A stretch of 64,000 nucleotides of DNA from Cyanophora paradoxa CCMP329. Taxonomy: Eukaryota > Plantae > Glaucophyta. Position 1 is the stretch's first letter. Each line of letters begins with the position of its first letter. Below are positions 63,831 to 64,000 of this stretch, in pieces. The stretch covers positions 1 to 64,000 of the forward strand of contig QPMI01000601.1 in the NCBI GenBank assembly GCA_004431415.1, written 5' to 3'. Made by a program: the position numbers and the translations under genes. The notes under the pieces were generated by a model, which saw nothing but the letters and a program-made list of their open reading frames with translations, had not been told where the DNA came from and made no database searches.

Positions 63831-64000
63831 ATGCCGCCGAAACGTAGAGGTGTTCCCGCTGGTGCTATGTCATATTCCGGCGGTGAAAGTAATGGATCTC
63901 TCAACACTACACCGATGAAATTCAACGGAATGAGCGAAGTGAAACCATCGCAACAGGAAGAAGACCCCTTAAATGCGGCGTATGAAGAAGCGCCCGGTGA
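63831..64000 (+). CDS. Homologue of 21432-22166, 3'-partial
   Basis: MPPKRRGVPAGAMSYSGGESNGSLNTTPMKFNGMSEVKPSQQEEDPLNAAYEE. Confidence 0.8.
   Translation, partial: MPPKRRGVPAGAMSYSGGESNGSLNTTPMKFNGMSEVKPSQQEEDPLNAAYEEAPG

Larger units (their letters stand above)
56317..64000 (+). mobile_element. Element D: left part of a further Polinton-like virus related to B (genes) and A (terminus)
   Basis: Starts with an ACACATA hairpin. Gene order mCP2/mCP1/MCP/endonuclease/ATPase/coiled-coil is the same as in B. Confidence 0.9.

Noticed and set aside
1-64000. tRNA/rRNA genes, prophage, or host species assignment
   Set aside because: No RNA gene pattern was recognised, the gene set is Polinton/PLV-type rather than phage, and 2 kb of flank is too little to name the host.

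Overview
About 97% of this window is a nested cluster of integrated Polinton/Polinton-like-virus (PLV) type elements, with about 2 kb of probable eukaryotic host gene left (8936-10956). Element A (<1-8935) shows its right part only: pPolB and rve integrase, with a 3.8-kb tandem duplication. Element C is present twice (C1 10957-11197 + 38977-50356; C2 50357-56316). It encodes a Zn-finger protein, AdoMetDC, a DUF5710 protein, an integrase, a 1436-aa PolB-SF1 helicase-HNH fusion, an ATPase and a truncated MCP. Element B (11198-38976, ~27.8 kb, apparently complete, ~150-bp TIRs) sits inside C1. It encodes an integrase, pPolB, a TVpol-SF3 helicase, an ATPase, an endonuclease, an MCP, two minor capsid proteins, a patatin-discoidin lipase, a giant fibre protein and AdoMetDC. 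Element D (56317->64000) sits inside C2 and has a capsid module homologous to B. The most striking signal is that the visible ends of A, B and D are palindromes with 28-bp arms starting ACACATA and a GAA-capped tip. In D the tip reads as a zipper of tandem G.A pairs on the strand whose 3' end is terminal, which suggests hairpin-ended or self-priming intermediates. Most frameshifts are 1-bp homopolymer losses and are probably long-read errors. All protein calls come from manual motif recognition; no database searches were run.
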